64,000 nucleotides of DNA. Origin: Candidatus Latescibacterota bacterium. Its GTDB lineage: Bacteria > Latescibacterota > UBA2968. This document shows, one piece after another, positions 21,301 to 30,479 of the stretch. The translations under genes were made by a program, and so were the position numbers. Every line of letters begins with the position of its first letter. The stretch's first letter is position 1. Where the stretch lies: NCBI GenBank assembly GCA_965222605.1, contig OZ244960.1, positions 864,001 through 928,000 of the forward strand, read 5' to 3'. Below the pieces are notes generated by a model. The model searched no databases. It saw nothing but the letters and a program-made list of their open reading frames with translations, and was not told the DNA's origin.

Positions 21301-21541
21301 AACAGTCTGCGGTCTTTTGCCAATGGCTCTTGGAAGCAGTAAAGTTTTGGGACAGCCCTACGCACCAATGGGACTCACCATGATCGGCGGCTTGCTTTCT
21401 TCGACCCTGCTCACCCTGTTGCTCGTACCCTTGTTTTATACATTTTTGGATGACCTGCGCTCAGCCCTCAAAAGGCTGACAAATAGTGCCTTCAACGCAC
21501 TGAAAGTTGGCGATACACAAGCGGCGGACATGGCGGATTAA
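18368..21541 (+). CDS. RND efflux transporter permease (AcrB/AcrD/AcrF family)
   Basis: 1057 aa with GMVVDNAIVILENI, GVVVNNAIVLVD and RFRPIMMTT. Confidence 0.96.
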   Translation: MDRQSALLPRISVNRPVTVAMCLVALLLVGIVAYFRVPVKFFPSGFTPAFLYVDIEYNHRNASPQEAEQQIARPLEEQLRAVKGIKKIRTYSASYGVDAPIEFQPDTDMVLAYNQVVDRLERLKLELPEEVRDQVYIYKFNADSWSIMWAGVSLDTSIVDPYQFLNLHVKRRLERIEGVGRVGFWGVDEKEVMIELSHERLMTRGVDLGTVVQSLRSDNFALSVGHVREGGKRFFVRSLAKYQSVDEIKNILIRTPQGEVRLGDVSDVVYDVPARSWYQRIDGREAVSIAIYQESGANIVEVCERVVAALQEIENDPIVGGQIVFNVFFNQGEYINDSIQNLETTGLWGGLFAAMVLLFFLKTLRMTAIITLSIPLCVMITITALYFLGWSLNVLTMMGLMVGVGMVVDNAIVILENIYRMRGKGLPAKEAAIAGAGEVGLAITMATLTTVVVFLPLMLMSGNVELTFFLARIGVPVVVALVGSLFVALIFIPQAALRFGGSQVKSDPTIIQHARHYYTRMLNWTLAHRRDAFLIALVLLGSISYPMNELKRGDSDGSMLNDFRIGFRFPKDFSIQDVSDTLVEVEDFLETRREKYGIETMRVWFRSTYGSIHVFLKKTDEAWWQTTYKSVRALIGIPVQQHLSRNAVIEDMKKHAPQFVGVKVAVQGQGRSGSDSGDSSVSLVLYGDNVDVLADLVQEVDRRLKEIPSVISVDSDLERANDEVQVIIDRERAQKLGLVARDVGRSIGFALQGVQLPYLQSDNHEIRVRLYLEKLNQQTLQRLKRLTFPSETGTQVSLLDFAVLRVDQGRGTIRREDGKTRLRVQAFTTEEDVKELYVEIDRAMEGFELPRGYTWDKGERYSKLREEDYTMYFAAIMAVTCVFLLMGVLFESFVLPFSVLFSIPFAFLGVYWTLFATQTSMDGLAMVGIIVLIGVVVNNAIVLVDMVNRMRAEGMHRTAAIMEAGANRFRPIMMTTFTTVCGLLPMALGSSKVLGQPYAPMGLTMIGGLLSSTLLTLLLVPLFYTFLDDLRSALKRLTNSAFNALKVGDTQAADMAD

Positions 21542-21574
21542 AAATGTAAGACGTAAAATGTAAGACGTAAAACG
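21540..21574. repeat. Short tandem repeat with 7/14-bp period
   Basis: AAAATGTAAGACGT AAAATGTAAGACGT AAAACG immediately after the RND stop codon. Confidence 0.8.
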
Positions 21575-21609
21575 CGAGAAGCACCCACGAAGCAGGGGGA
21601 TGCTTTTAT

Positions 21610-22947
21610 TTATTCAATCAAACTCTGCCTACTCTGCTCATGTACCTCAGCTTCCGGCCAGTGCGTATTCAGAATATCTTTAATATTATCCTTCGGCCCG
21701 CGAAAGATCATGACCATATTCTGTGACACGAAAAATTTTTCGAAAAATAAACGCACCTCCTCATCAGTAACCGAATCATAACCGCCTTTGCGACGTGGCG
21801 GATTATGGATGGCTCGATATACCTCACTGTACAGTCTTCGCTGTGGTGTCAATTGTTCGTGGACATGGGCATAGGCGACATTGCGATTTTCTCGCAACTC
21901 TTTGATTGCCTCCCAGAAGCGAGGATTGTCGGGAAGTTCGCGGAGGAAATCGGACATTTTTGCTATCAGTTCTTCGCTATTCTGCAACTGGGGATCGGCG
22001 GAGATTTCGAGAAACCTGACATATTCCTCTGTTCGATAACTGCTACCAGTACCATAGAGCAACCCCAACTCTTCTCTGAAATATTTATAGAGCAACCCCC
22101 GAGCGCCAGGTCGCCCAAGTGCCCTGGATATCATTGATGGAAGATAATCTTCTTCGCCTATCATTCCACAGAGAATCAGCCAATAACACCCAACATTCTT
22201 TAGGTTTGAATCAGAGACAAAAGCCGTAGGGCCAATCTTAGAATCCATTGTTGGGGATCCCAGGGTATGCACAAATCCACCTGTCTCTCGTTTTTCTGTA
22301 ATTGGACGAAGTAACGTCGCAACCTCAGTAGAATCGAGATCTGAGATTACCTTAAAAAACACCACATCTGTTTTCAAAAGCTGATCATAATATTGCCTGA
22401 TGTCCTCAAGCGAGAGATTTTTGAGAGCTTTTAAGGACTTGTACTTCTTTATCCCTGTTGTTTGTGAAAGGGCAAAATTTCTCATATGCGTACGGGGATT
22501 TTTCCTGAGATCGTTTTCGTAATCAGTAGCCATTAATTTTTTGACATCTTGCAAGTCTGACTCAGAAAACTCGAGATTATATATGAGGTCGCGGACTATT
22601 TTTATAGATTTGCCACAGTTTTCAGACAGGCCATAAATGGATATTGTCTGATATAGGGTACTGGTAGAGATATTAAGGCGTGTACCCAATGCTTCCAGTT
22701 GATCCAGGTGCCCCTGCTTTTTTGCCAACTCCCAAATCAATTTTGATACTGTTCTTGCAAGCCCAATCTGAGAAGGTGGTTCCTGGTTATTTCCCGCGCC
22801 AAGGAATACAATCTCAATACTGGTCAATGGCGCACGATTGTCATTGCGATAAAAAATATGGTGGTTGGAAATTTCGGCATACGCGGGCAGAACGCCAACC
22901 GCGTAGCACATAGCAAAACTAACCATCAATTTCAGAAACATATTCAT
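21610..22947 (-). CDS. M16 peptidase-like subunit, non-catalytic (no HxxEH), secreted
   Basis: Signal peptide MNMFLKLMVSFAMC...AYA; GLLYKYFREELGLLYG resembles the M16 C-domain R-Y motif; lies downstream of the catalytic partner. Confidence 0.75.
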   Translation of the reverse strand: MNMFLKLMVSFAMCYAVGVLPAYAEISNHHIFYRNDNRAPLTSIEIVFLGAGNNQEPPSQIGLARTVSKLIWELAKKQGHLDQLEALGTRLNISTSTLYQTISIYGLSENCGKSIKIVRDLIYNLEFSESDLQDVKKLMATDYENDLRKNPRTHMRNFALSQTTGIKKYKSLKALKNLSLEDIRQYYDQLLKTDVVFFKVISDLDSTEVATLLRPITEKRETGGFVHTLGSPTMDSKIGPTAFVSDSNLKNVGCYWLILCGMIGEEDYLPSMISRALGRPGARGLLYKYFREELGLLYGTGSSYRTEEYVRFLEISADPQLQNSEELIAKMSDFLRELPDNPRFWEAIKELRENRNVAYAHVHEQLTPQRRLYSEVYRAIHNPPRRKGGYDSVTDEEVRLFFEKFFVSQNMVMIFRGPKDNIKDILNTHWPEAEVHEQSRQSLIE

Positions 22948-22954
22948 TAGCCTT

Positions 22955-24424
22955 TCAAGAGAACTTCCTGTGTAATTTTTTTCCACCCCATACCAGCATT
23001 ATGATAAGACCTCCCAACAGCGTTAGAAAACCTATGCCTGTCAATGCCAATACTGGAATTCTATATTCCGATAGGATTCTCGGAAGAAGCTCTTGCTTTT
23101 CGGGTACCGTTAGAGAGTGGGTTATCGAATTATAGTCTCTCAAATATCGATTGATGATGCGCGGAATGTCGTCTCTGCGAATGGATTCGATGTCTTTTAT
23201 CAGTTTAGGATATAAGAGGGGGTCGTTGGCAGAGGCAAATGCCCGCCCAAATGAAGAAGCCATGCTCAAGCGATTGTAAAATGCGGAATACATTGCGGTT
23301 AGCTGCTGATTTCGAGCCGCATTGAGTTCAGCTTTGGAGATGGATTTTAGTTTCTCTAACTCTGCATTAATAACGGTATGGAGCTTATTTCTGGACGTAT
23401 CATGAGGCAATTCTGCATAGCAACTTATCAAGCCGAATCCTTTAAAGCTGTTAACCGACATACTGAAAGATTTTGCAAGCCCTGAATCAACTAAAGAAGA
23501 TCTCAATGAATTTGAAGACCTCTCTAAAATGCGCTCCAAAATGAGCAGCCCAGCATAGTCGCGATGGCCTAAATTGGGTATGTACCAGCCCTTCCTGAAC
23601 CTGGTAAGACTGAGACTTTTCGCAGTGCGTTTTAATCTTCTTCCAAGCACTTCATAGCTGGGATAGTGCGGAGCAGGTAATTCGAGCGACAATTCGTCTG
23701 GTATTTGCTCGTTGCCATAAGTTGCATCCAATTTGGTCAGGACATAGTCAATATCCACATCGCCGATTATGACAATCAATCTTTTTTGGCGGCGCAGAAA
23801 ATTCTCATAATACGCTTTCAAATCAACAGAATTGAGTTGTTTAATAAAATCCTCAGTCCCAAGTCCATCAAAATTTTTCTTCCCATAGATTAAACCAAAA
23901 AAAATATTCAAAGATCCGCGGGTTACACTTGCCCGTCTGCGGCTTCGTTCTGTCAGGATAATTTTCGACTCCTTTTCTACAACTTCCTCATTAATTTTTG
24001 TGTCGTAATATCTATCGCGGTCTATCTCAACTGCGAGGTCAAACTTATTCTTAGGAAATCTCATTATAAAGCGCGTGTAATGATTAGAAGTAGTAGCTCT
24101 TTTTTGTCCTCCATTCTCAATAATGATCTGGTTGAGTTTTCCATATTCATGGCTTCCAGTGCCTGACATGATATGCTCTAAGAAGTGTAGTCGCCCTTGT
24201 TCACCTTCTTTTTCGTCTGCCGAGCCAGCACTGTAGTAAGTATGGTATTCAAATGTCGGGATTGTTCGATCCACGACGATAACAGCGTCGAGGTTGGGAT
24301 TGATGGTGTAGTGTTGCGCGGTGAGTTCTTTGGACAATCCCTCCGTCCCAATAAGCTCATAGGCAGGGCAGTTGCTCGACAAGCCGCATACAATGAACAA
24401 AATGAACGCGTATGTTTTCATCAT
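22955..24424 (-). CDS. M16 (insulinase-like) zinc peptidase with a C-terminal TM anchor
   Basis: GSADE...HFLEH (inverted HxxEH), EKESKIILTER, an N-terminal signal, and a C-terminal hydrophobic helix followed by KKLHRK. Confidence 0.88.
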   Translation of the reverse strand: MMKTYAFILFIVCGLSSNCPAYELIGTEGLSKELTAQHYTINPNLDAVIVVDRTIPTFEYHTYYSAGSADEKEGEQGRLHFLEHIMSGTGSHEYGKLNQIIIENGGQKRATTSNHYTRFIMRFPKNKFDLAVEIDRDRYYDTKINEEVVEKESKIILTERSRRRASVTRGSLNIFFGLIYGKKNFDGLGTEDFIKQLNSVDLKAYYENFLRRQKRLIVIIGDVDIDYVLTKLDATYGNEQIPDELSLELPAPHYPSYEVLGRRLKRTAKSLSLTRFRKGWYIPNLGHRDYAGLLILERILERSSNSLRSSLVDSGLAKSFSMSVNSFKGFGLISCYAELPHDTSRNKLHTVINAELEKLKSISKAELNAARNQQLTAMYSAFYNRLSMASSFGRAFASANDPLLYPKLIKDIESIRRDDIPRIINRYLRDYNSITHSLTVPEKQELLPRILSEYRIPVLALTGIGFLTLLGGLIIMLVWGGKKLHRKFS

Positions 24425-24436
24425 GTCTGAACCTCA

Positions 24437-25459
24437 CTAAAGTTCGACATCCACCGGAGCTTTTCGCTCGATACTATCGCAAATAGCCTCGCATATCACC
24501 ATCGCCTGACACGCATCTCTCAGAGTTGGTGAACCTGATTCTCCCTTTTGTACAGCCCGTGCAAAAGCCTGCATTTGCCCCCAGTACCCGCCTCGTTTTT
24601 CCGCATTGTCGCGCACAGCGGGCGAATACGATTGAGATGGAATACCGGGCGAGGGTTGGTATCCCCCTTCGGGCGAGTGGGGTTCAAAATCCAACGTATG
24701 CAAATTCACCAGACACAAATGCGCCCGCGCATCGCCCGCCGCTTCAATCTTACACGTCCAATTTGGGGTACAACCTGTCAGCGTGATCATTCCGGTAGCA
24801 CCGCTATCAAAATGCGCGGTACAGGCAATTGCAAATCGCCCGCCCTCACCGACCGACAAATCCGCGTAAACCCGCTCAATTTCCCCGCCCAAAAAACGCG
24901 CGAGATCGACCGCATGCGTTGACTGAAAAATCATATACTGCCAGCCCGCGCGATAGTCTAAATCATCCTGCCACATTGGGCTGGGCATAAAATATCGGCT
25001 TTCCAAAAAAAGCAATTTCCCAAACTCGGGCGTCGCCATTAACTCTCGGAATTTCTGCACCCCAGGCGCGTGTCGCATGTTGTGACCAATCTGCGTAATC
25101 AGCCCCCGGCCCGCAGCCATATCGGCCAACTCCCGCGCATGGGCTGTTAAACGCGCCGGTGGCTTCTCCATCATCAACGGCAACCCCGCAGCCAGCACCT
25201 GCTTGCCGCACTCAAAATGCATATCCGGCGGCCCCACGACCATAACGGCATCCAGATCTTCCTTCTCGATCATATCAGACAAATTTGTGTACCATCTTCT
25301 CGCCCCAAAAAACCGCGCATTGCGCTCTGCCAGCGCCGCTTGCAAATCACAGCAGGCATACAAATCCAATTCCGGTATGGTCGCAAAATTGGGATACCAC
25401 GATGCACTCGCCTGTCTCCCACAGCCTACAAACCCAACGCGAACAGGTGCGTCACTCAT
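24437..25459 (-). CDS. Gfo/Idh/MocA oxidoreductase
   Basis: VRVGFVGCG, MEKPP and HAVDL. Confidence 0.92.
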   Translation of the reverse strand: MSDAPVRVGFVGCGRQASASWYPNFATIPELDLYACCDLQAALAERNARFFGARRWYTNLSDMIEKEDLDAVMVVGPPDMHFECGKQVLAAGLPLMMEKPPARLTAHARELADMAAGRGLITQIGHNMRHAPGVQKFRELMATPEFGKLLFLESRYFMPSPMWQDDLDYRAGWQYMIFQSTHAVDLARFLGGEIERVYADLSVGEGGRFAIACTAHFDSGATGMITLTGCTPNWTCKIEAAGDARAHLCLVNLHTLDFEPHSPEGGYQPSPGIPSQSYSPAVRDNAEKRGGYWGQMQAFARAVQKGESGSPTLRDACQAMVICEAICDSIERKAPVDVEL

Positions 25460-26004
25460 TTTTCACCTCTCAGTTTATCGCGAAACGACTTGCGAAACTT
25501 TTGCACCTTGGGATTGATAACAAAGATGCAATACGGTTGATATGGATTCTCCACAAAATAATTCTGATGATAATCTTCCCCTTCATAAAATATTGTGAGC
25601 GGCGCGATCTCCGTCACAATCGGATCGGGCCACAAATCCGATGCCTCTGTCTCTGCCTTTGACCGCTCGGCAATACTTTTCTGCTGTTCATCGTGATAAA
25701 AAATCACCGACCGATACTGCGTACCCACATCATTTCCCTGGCGATTTAAAGTCGTTGGATCATGCGTGCTCCAAAAAATGAACAGAATCTCCGCAAACGA
25801 AATCACGGCCGGATCAAACACAATCTGCGCCACCTCGGCGTGTCCTGTGGTGCCCGAACACACCTGCTGATACGTCGGGTTCTCTATCGCCCCCCCCGCG
25901 TATCCCGACACGACTTTATGCACCCCAATCACATCCTGATAAATCGCCTCCACACACCAAAAACACCCGCCCCCGAGCGTCGCGGTCTCCATTGTACTGG
26001 ACAT
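25456..26004 (-). CDS. msrA: Peptide-methionine (S)-S-oxide reductase MsrA
   Basis: GGGCFWCVEA, GHAEV, RQGNDVGTQYRS and EDYHQNY. Confidence 0.97.
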   Translation of the reverse strand: MSSTMETATLGGGCFWCVEAIYQDVIGVHKVVSGYAGGAIENPTYQQVCSGTTGHAEVAQIVFDPAVISFAEILFIFWSTHDPTTLNRQGNDVGTQYRSVIFYHDEQQKSIAERSKAETEASDLWPDPIVTEIAPLTIFYEGEDYHQNYFVENPYQPYCIFVINPKVQKFRKSFRDKLRGEK

Positions 26005-26202
26005 ATTGATACTCCTTTGTGTCTATTTGCACTCTGTAATTTTCATGCATCATATTCCTACCCGCACCTTTTGTCAAGGCGAAATCAAAATCCCACCGCG
26101 CAACGGATGGAGATTTTCTATTTGACACACGCGCACTATCCTGTCAAATTAAAACCTTGTTTTAGACCGTTATTTTTCTCGCTAATCTTAAAGGAGTGTT
26201 AC

Positions 26203-27027
26203 ATGCCCCAACGGGAATTCAACCTCAAATACGCCCCGCATCACGGCCATTTCACACATAGTGCAGGCAATGACTATCTCGACCAGCTCAAATACGCCGC
26301 AGATCAGGGCTTTACGGCCTGGGAAGACAATGGCATGCCCAAACGCGACATAGGAATGCAAAAAAAAATTGCCGCAGAAATGACCCGATTAAACCTTGAA
26401 ATGGGTGTATTTGTCGCCACGGGATCTTTTTCAGATGTCACATTTGCCGGCGACGATGAAGATGCAAAACAGGCCGTGCTAAAAGATATCAAAGCCGCCA
26501 TTGAAATTGCCAAGCGCGTAAATGCAAAATGGTGTACGGTCGTGCCCGGGCTTTACGACTTAAAACTCGCGTGGGATTATCAAACAGCCAATGTGATCGA
26601 ACTGCTCAAACGATGCTGCGACATTCTCGAAGAATCGGGTCTGGTAATGGTGTTGGAACCACTCAACCGCCTGACGAACCACCCCCGCGTTTTTTTGGCT
26701 GGCTCGCCACAAGCATATCTGATCTGTCAGGCCGTCAACCACCCGTGTTGCAAAATCCTCTTTGACATCTACCACCAGCAAATCACCGAAGGCAACCTCA
26801 TCCCCAACATCGACCGCTGCTGGTCTGAAATCGGCGTTTTTCAAGTGGGCGACAACCCCGGTCGCAAAGAACCCACCACCGGTGAAATCAACTACAAAAG
26901 TATCTTCAAGCATCTACATGAAAAAGGCTGCACGAGCATCGTCGGCATGGAACACGGCATCAGCTTGCCCGGCAAAGAAGGCGAAGGCCGTCTTGTTCAG
27001 GCTTATGTCGAATCGGATGATTTCTAA
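26203..27027 (+). CDS. Hydroxypyruvate isomerase-like TIM-barrel protein
   Basis: VLEPLN, ILFDIYHQQITEGN, GDNPGRKEPTTGEINY and GMEH; AAGGAG before ATG 26203. Confidence 0.9.
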   Translation: MPQREFNLKYAPHHGHFTHSAGNDYLDQLKYAADQGFTAWEDNGMPKRDIGMQKKIAAEMTRLNLEMGVFVATGSFSDVTFAGDDEDAKQAVLKDIKAAIEIAKRVNAKWCTVVPGLYDLKLAWDYQTANVIELLKRCCDILEESGLVMVLEPLNRLTNHPRVFLAGSPQAYLICQAVNHPCCKILFDIYHQQITEGNLIPNIDRCWSEIGVFQVGDNPGRKEPTTGEINYKSIFKHLHEKGCTSIVGMEHGISLPGKEGEGRLVQAYVESDDF

Positions 27028-27043
27028 GTAAGGAGAATATCTC

Positions 27044-28042
27044 ATGAAAGCAATTCTCGTCGGCCTCGGTGGTCGTTCGCGTCACTGGCAGGCCGCCTGT
27101 GACCAACATCCCGAAGTGGAATTGGTCGCCTATGTTGAACCCTCAGAAGAAAATAAAAAACGCGCGATAGGAGAACGCGGTGTACCCGCGACTCTCATCT
27201 TCGACGACCTCAGCGATGCCGCCTCAGTAGAAACCGACTTTGTCGTAGATGTCACCCCACCCGCTGTTCACGAAACCATCGCGATGAAAGCCTTTGATGC
27301 GGGCCTCAATCTATTGGGCGAAAAACCCCTGAGCGATAACTTCGAAGCCGCCAAACGCGTCGTTGAAGCGGGCAAAAAAGCGGGTGTCAAACACATGATC
27401 ACGCAGAACTATCGCTTTAATGAACTGCCCCGCACCACTCGGCGCCTGCTCGAAGCCAGACATATTGGCGACGTGGCACAACTCGACGTATCGCTTTATG
27501 TCGATTGGGCAGACAACCCGGGCAGTCACTATGTGACGGAACCCTATATGTTCCTCACCGACATGGGCATCCACCACTTTGACATGATGCGCTATACCCT
27601 CAATGCCGACCCCGTCAGCGCACACGCCATCACCTGGAATTTACCCTGGGGCTGGCATCAGGGCGACGCCTGCCAGATTATCGTCTTCAAATTTGAAAAC
27701 GGCATTGTCGCTACACATCGCGGTATTGGCTGCACAATGGGACATGTGCCTGCGGGGCACAACGGCGAATGGCGATACGAAGGGCCAAAAGGCACGCTGA
27801 CGTGGGAGGGCTTTGACCTCTTTTACACACTCAAGCACAAACAGAATCCACAAATCCGCGAGCAAATTGAACTCGCCGAAACTGACGGACCGAATCCCGT
27901 GCTCAACGAATTTGTTCGCGCCCTTCGTGAAGATCGCCAACCCGAATGCAATGCCGAAGACAATCTAAAATCCATGTCCATGGTCTTTGGAGCGGTCACA
28001 AGTGCAAAGGAAGGACGGGAAGTGCAACTGTCAGAACTCTAA
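27044..28042 (+). CDS. Gfo/Idh/MocA oxidoreductase
   Basis: ILVGLGG, GEKPL, QNYRF and DMGIHHFD. Confidence 0.93.
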   Translation: MKAILVGLGGRSRHWQAACDQHPEVELVAYVEPSEENKKRAIGERGVPATLIFDDLSDAASVETDFVVDVTPPAVHETIAMKAFDAGLNLLGEKPLSDNFEAAKRVVEAGKKAGVKHMITQNYRFNELPRTTRRLLEARHIGDVAQLDVSLYVDWADNPGSHYVTEPYMFLTDMGIHHFDMMRYTLNADPVSAHAITWNLPWGWHQGDACQIIVFKFENGIVATHRGIGCTMGHVPAGHNGEWRYEGPKGTLTWEGFDLFYTLKHKQNPQIREQIELAETDGPNPVLNEFVRALREDRQPECNAEDNLKSMSMVFGAVTSAKEGREVQLSEL

Positions 28043-28092
28043 GAAGGGGTCTGTGAGATTCTTGAATTGACATCAAAACAGATTGCACAATT

Positions 28093-28428
28093 ATGATTGT
28101 CCAATTTAGAGAACAGAATACCGAATATCTCGATCTCACGCCCAATCAATATTATGTTGTAATTGGGATAGAAGCCGATGATTTTAGAATCTTGAACGAC
28201 GCGGGCAGGCCCTTTCTCTACGATGCTACGTTGTTTGAGGTGGTCGATTCTAAGGAGCCAGATGATTGGGTCACAGAGATTGGCGAAGATGGCGAGCGTT
28301 ATGCTTACCCATTGCCGTTAAATTCGGTTGGTTTTTTTGAAGATTTTTTTGACGAAAAGAAAGACGCGATCGTCACATTCTGGCAGGTTGTCAATCATCA
28401 ACTTGCTGCTGCATCGGAAACTGTTTGA
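28093..28428 (+). CDS. Small acidic hypothetical protein
   Basis: Clean 111-aa ORF filling the intergenic gap (DLTPNQYYVVIGIEADDFRILND...GFFEDFFD). Confidence 0.75.
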   Translation: MIVQFREQNTEYLDLTPNQYYVVIGIEADDFRILNDAGRPFLYDATLFEVVDSKEPDDWVTEIGEDGERYAYPLPLNSVGFFEDFFDEKKDAIVTFWQVVNHQLAAASETV

Positions 28429-28443
28429 GATAAAGGAGAACAC

Positions 28444-29751
28444 ATGTCAGATCTTCAGGGTGACACAAACTGGTTTACGCATGATCGATTCGGACTATTC
28501 ATTCACTGGGGATTGTACGCATTGCCCGCGCGACACGAGTGGATAAAGCAGCGAGAAGAAATACCCGACGCGCAATACGACCGATATCTGAAATACTTCG
28601 ATCCGGATTTGTACGATCCCGAAGCGTGGGCAGATGCAGCAGCCAACGCGGGCATGAAATATTTTTGTATAACCACCAAACACCACGAAGGCTTCGCGCT
28701 GTGGGATTCCAAGCTGACGGAATACAAGGCGACCAATACACCCGCGCGCAGAGATTTGTTAAAACCCATGGTAGAAGCGTTTCGGTCGCGCGGAATGAAG
28801 GTCGGTTTTTACCATTCCCTGATCGACTGGCACCATCCGCATTTCAGAATCGACGCCATTCACAGCATGCGGAACCATCCCGATAAGGATAAACTGAATG
28901 AACCGCGCGATCAGGCCCAATACGCAGCGTATTTGCGCGGTCAGGTCCGCGAATTGCTCACCGAATACGGCAAAGTGGATATGCTATTTTACGATTTTAG
29001 CTATCCGGCTGGCGCAAGAGGCAGGCCCGAGGGTTTTGACGGCAAGGGACGAGATGATTGGAACAGTGTCGAACTGATGAAAATGACGCGCGAGTTGCAG
29101 CCGGGCATTGTGATTAACGACCGGCTGGATTTGGACGATGTGGAAGGCGGATGGGATTATCGCACGCCCGAACAATTTATGCCGCGCGAGTGGGTCACCT
29201 ATCAGGGTGAGCGCGTGTTGTGGGAGACATGCCAAACATTTTCGGGATCGTGGGGCTATCACCGCGATGAAACGAGTTGGAAAAGCGTCGAGCAACTGGT
29301 ACAAATGCTGATCGGTGTGGTAAGCCGCGGAGGCAATTTATTGCTCAATGTCGGACCGACCGGGCGCGGGGCGTTTGACGATCGGGCATTAAATTGCCTG
29401 AGCGGAATGGGCGAATGGATGAAATGGCACAGCCGATCCATTTACGGTTGTACTGCTGCGCCAGAGGAATTTCAGACGCCAGAGGATTGCCGCTTGACCT
29501 ACAACCCCGAGACCAATCGGATGTACGTACATTTGTTCACCTATCCATTTCGCCATCTGCATCTGGATGGATTTGCAAGCAAGGTAGAATACGCACAGTT
29601 ATTAAACGATGCTTCAGAAGTGCAATTTCACCAACCCCGCGCCGGACACACGGGAGACAGCGGTCCCGGAAGTGAAACGCTAACATTGGAATTGCCCGTG
29701 CAAAAACCCAATGTGACAGTGCCCGTGGTCGAGTTATTCTTAAAGGAGTGA
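28444..29751 (+). CDS. Alpha-L-fucosidase (GH29), no signal peptide
   Basis: RFGLFIHWGLY, TTKHHEGFALWDS, INDRL and GGNLLLNVGP. Confidence 0.96.
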   Translation: MSDLQGDTNWFTHDRFGLFIHWGLYALPARHEWIKQREEIPDAQYDRYLKYFDPDLYDPEAWADAAANAGMKYFCITTKHHEGFALWDSKLTEYKATNTPARRDLLKPMVEAFRSRGMKVGFYHSLIDWHHPHFRIDAIHSMRNHPDKDKLNEPRDQAQYAAYLRGQVRELLTEYGKVDMLFYDFSYPAGARGRPEGFDGKGRDDWNSVELMKMTRELQPGIVINDRLDLDDVEGGWDYRTPEQFMPREWVTYQGERVLWETCQTFSGSWGYHRDETSWKSVEQLVQMLIGVVSRGGNLLLNVGPTGRGAFDDRALNCLSGMGEWMKWHSRSIYGCTAAPEEFQTPEDCRLTYNPETNRMYVHLFTYPFRHLHLDGFASKVEYAQLLNDASEVQFHQPRAGHTGDSGPGSETLTLELPVQKPNVTVPVVELFLKE

Positions 29752-29755
29752 AAAG

Positions 29756-30463
29756 ATGACAATGACTGAAACGACCTTACGAAAACTCAGTACCGACGAG
29801 TTGGCGGTCTATCGCGAACAGGGCTATGTGATTGTGCCAGACGTCTTTCCGTTGGGGGAACTCGCGGAAATTGACCGCGAAATCGATCGGATTCAGGAAA
29901 CACAAAAAGAAACGGGGCGCAACAGGGGATGGGTCATGCAGTTGGGATTGCGATCAGATGTGACCCGTCAATTTGCACAGGATGAGCGGGTATTGGCACT
30001 GATCGAAGATATAGTCAAACCCGGCATTTCGATTTATTCGGCCAAGTTGACGGCAAAAGTGCCGCACTCCAACGACATCTGTCACTGGCACCAGGACAAT
30101 GCGTATTACAACACGCGTGCCCTGAGCAAAACGCGCATGTCCACCTGGATACCGTTACAAGATGCAGATGAGACAAATGGATGTTTGTGGGTCGTGCCGC
30201 ACAGCCACAAGGGCGGCGTGGTCACGCATGGGCCATTTGGCGGACAATGCCCAAAGTGTATGGGCCCAGCCGATCTCATGTTCGACGATGCGATTCCATG
30301 CCCTGTGAAAGCCGGGGATATCCTTTTATTCCACGCCTGTTTATGGCATCATTCCAAAGGCAACCAGACAGACCACGTGCGGCGGGCATTTATTGTCTCA
30401 TATCAAGAAGCCACCGTGCCGCGTGGCAATGGCGATCAATATAAAATTCTGAGGTCAGCGTAG
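29756..30463 (+). CDS. PhyH-family dioxygenase
   Basis: WHQDNAY, NGCLWVVPHSH and HHSKGN...RRAF. Confidence 0.93.
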   Translation: MTMTETTLRKLSTDELAVYREQGYVIVPDVFPLGELAEIDREIDRIQETQKETGRNRGWVMQLGLRSDVTRQFAQDERVLALIEDIVKPGISIYSAKLTAKVPHSNDICHWHQDNAYYNTRALSKTRMSTWIPLQDADETNGCLWVVPHSHKGGVVTHGPFGGQCPKCMGPADLMFDDAIPCPVKAGDILLFHACLWHHSKGNQTDHVRRAFIVSYQEATVPRGNGDQYKILRSA

Positions 30464-30479
30464 AAAGACGTGCCGAGTA

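Noticed and set aside
25762-26202. Long N-terminal extension of the isomerase ORF
   Set aside because: It overlaps msrA on the opposite strand; the RBS-supported start is 26203.
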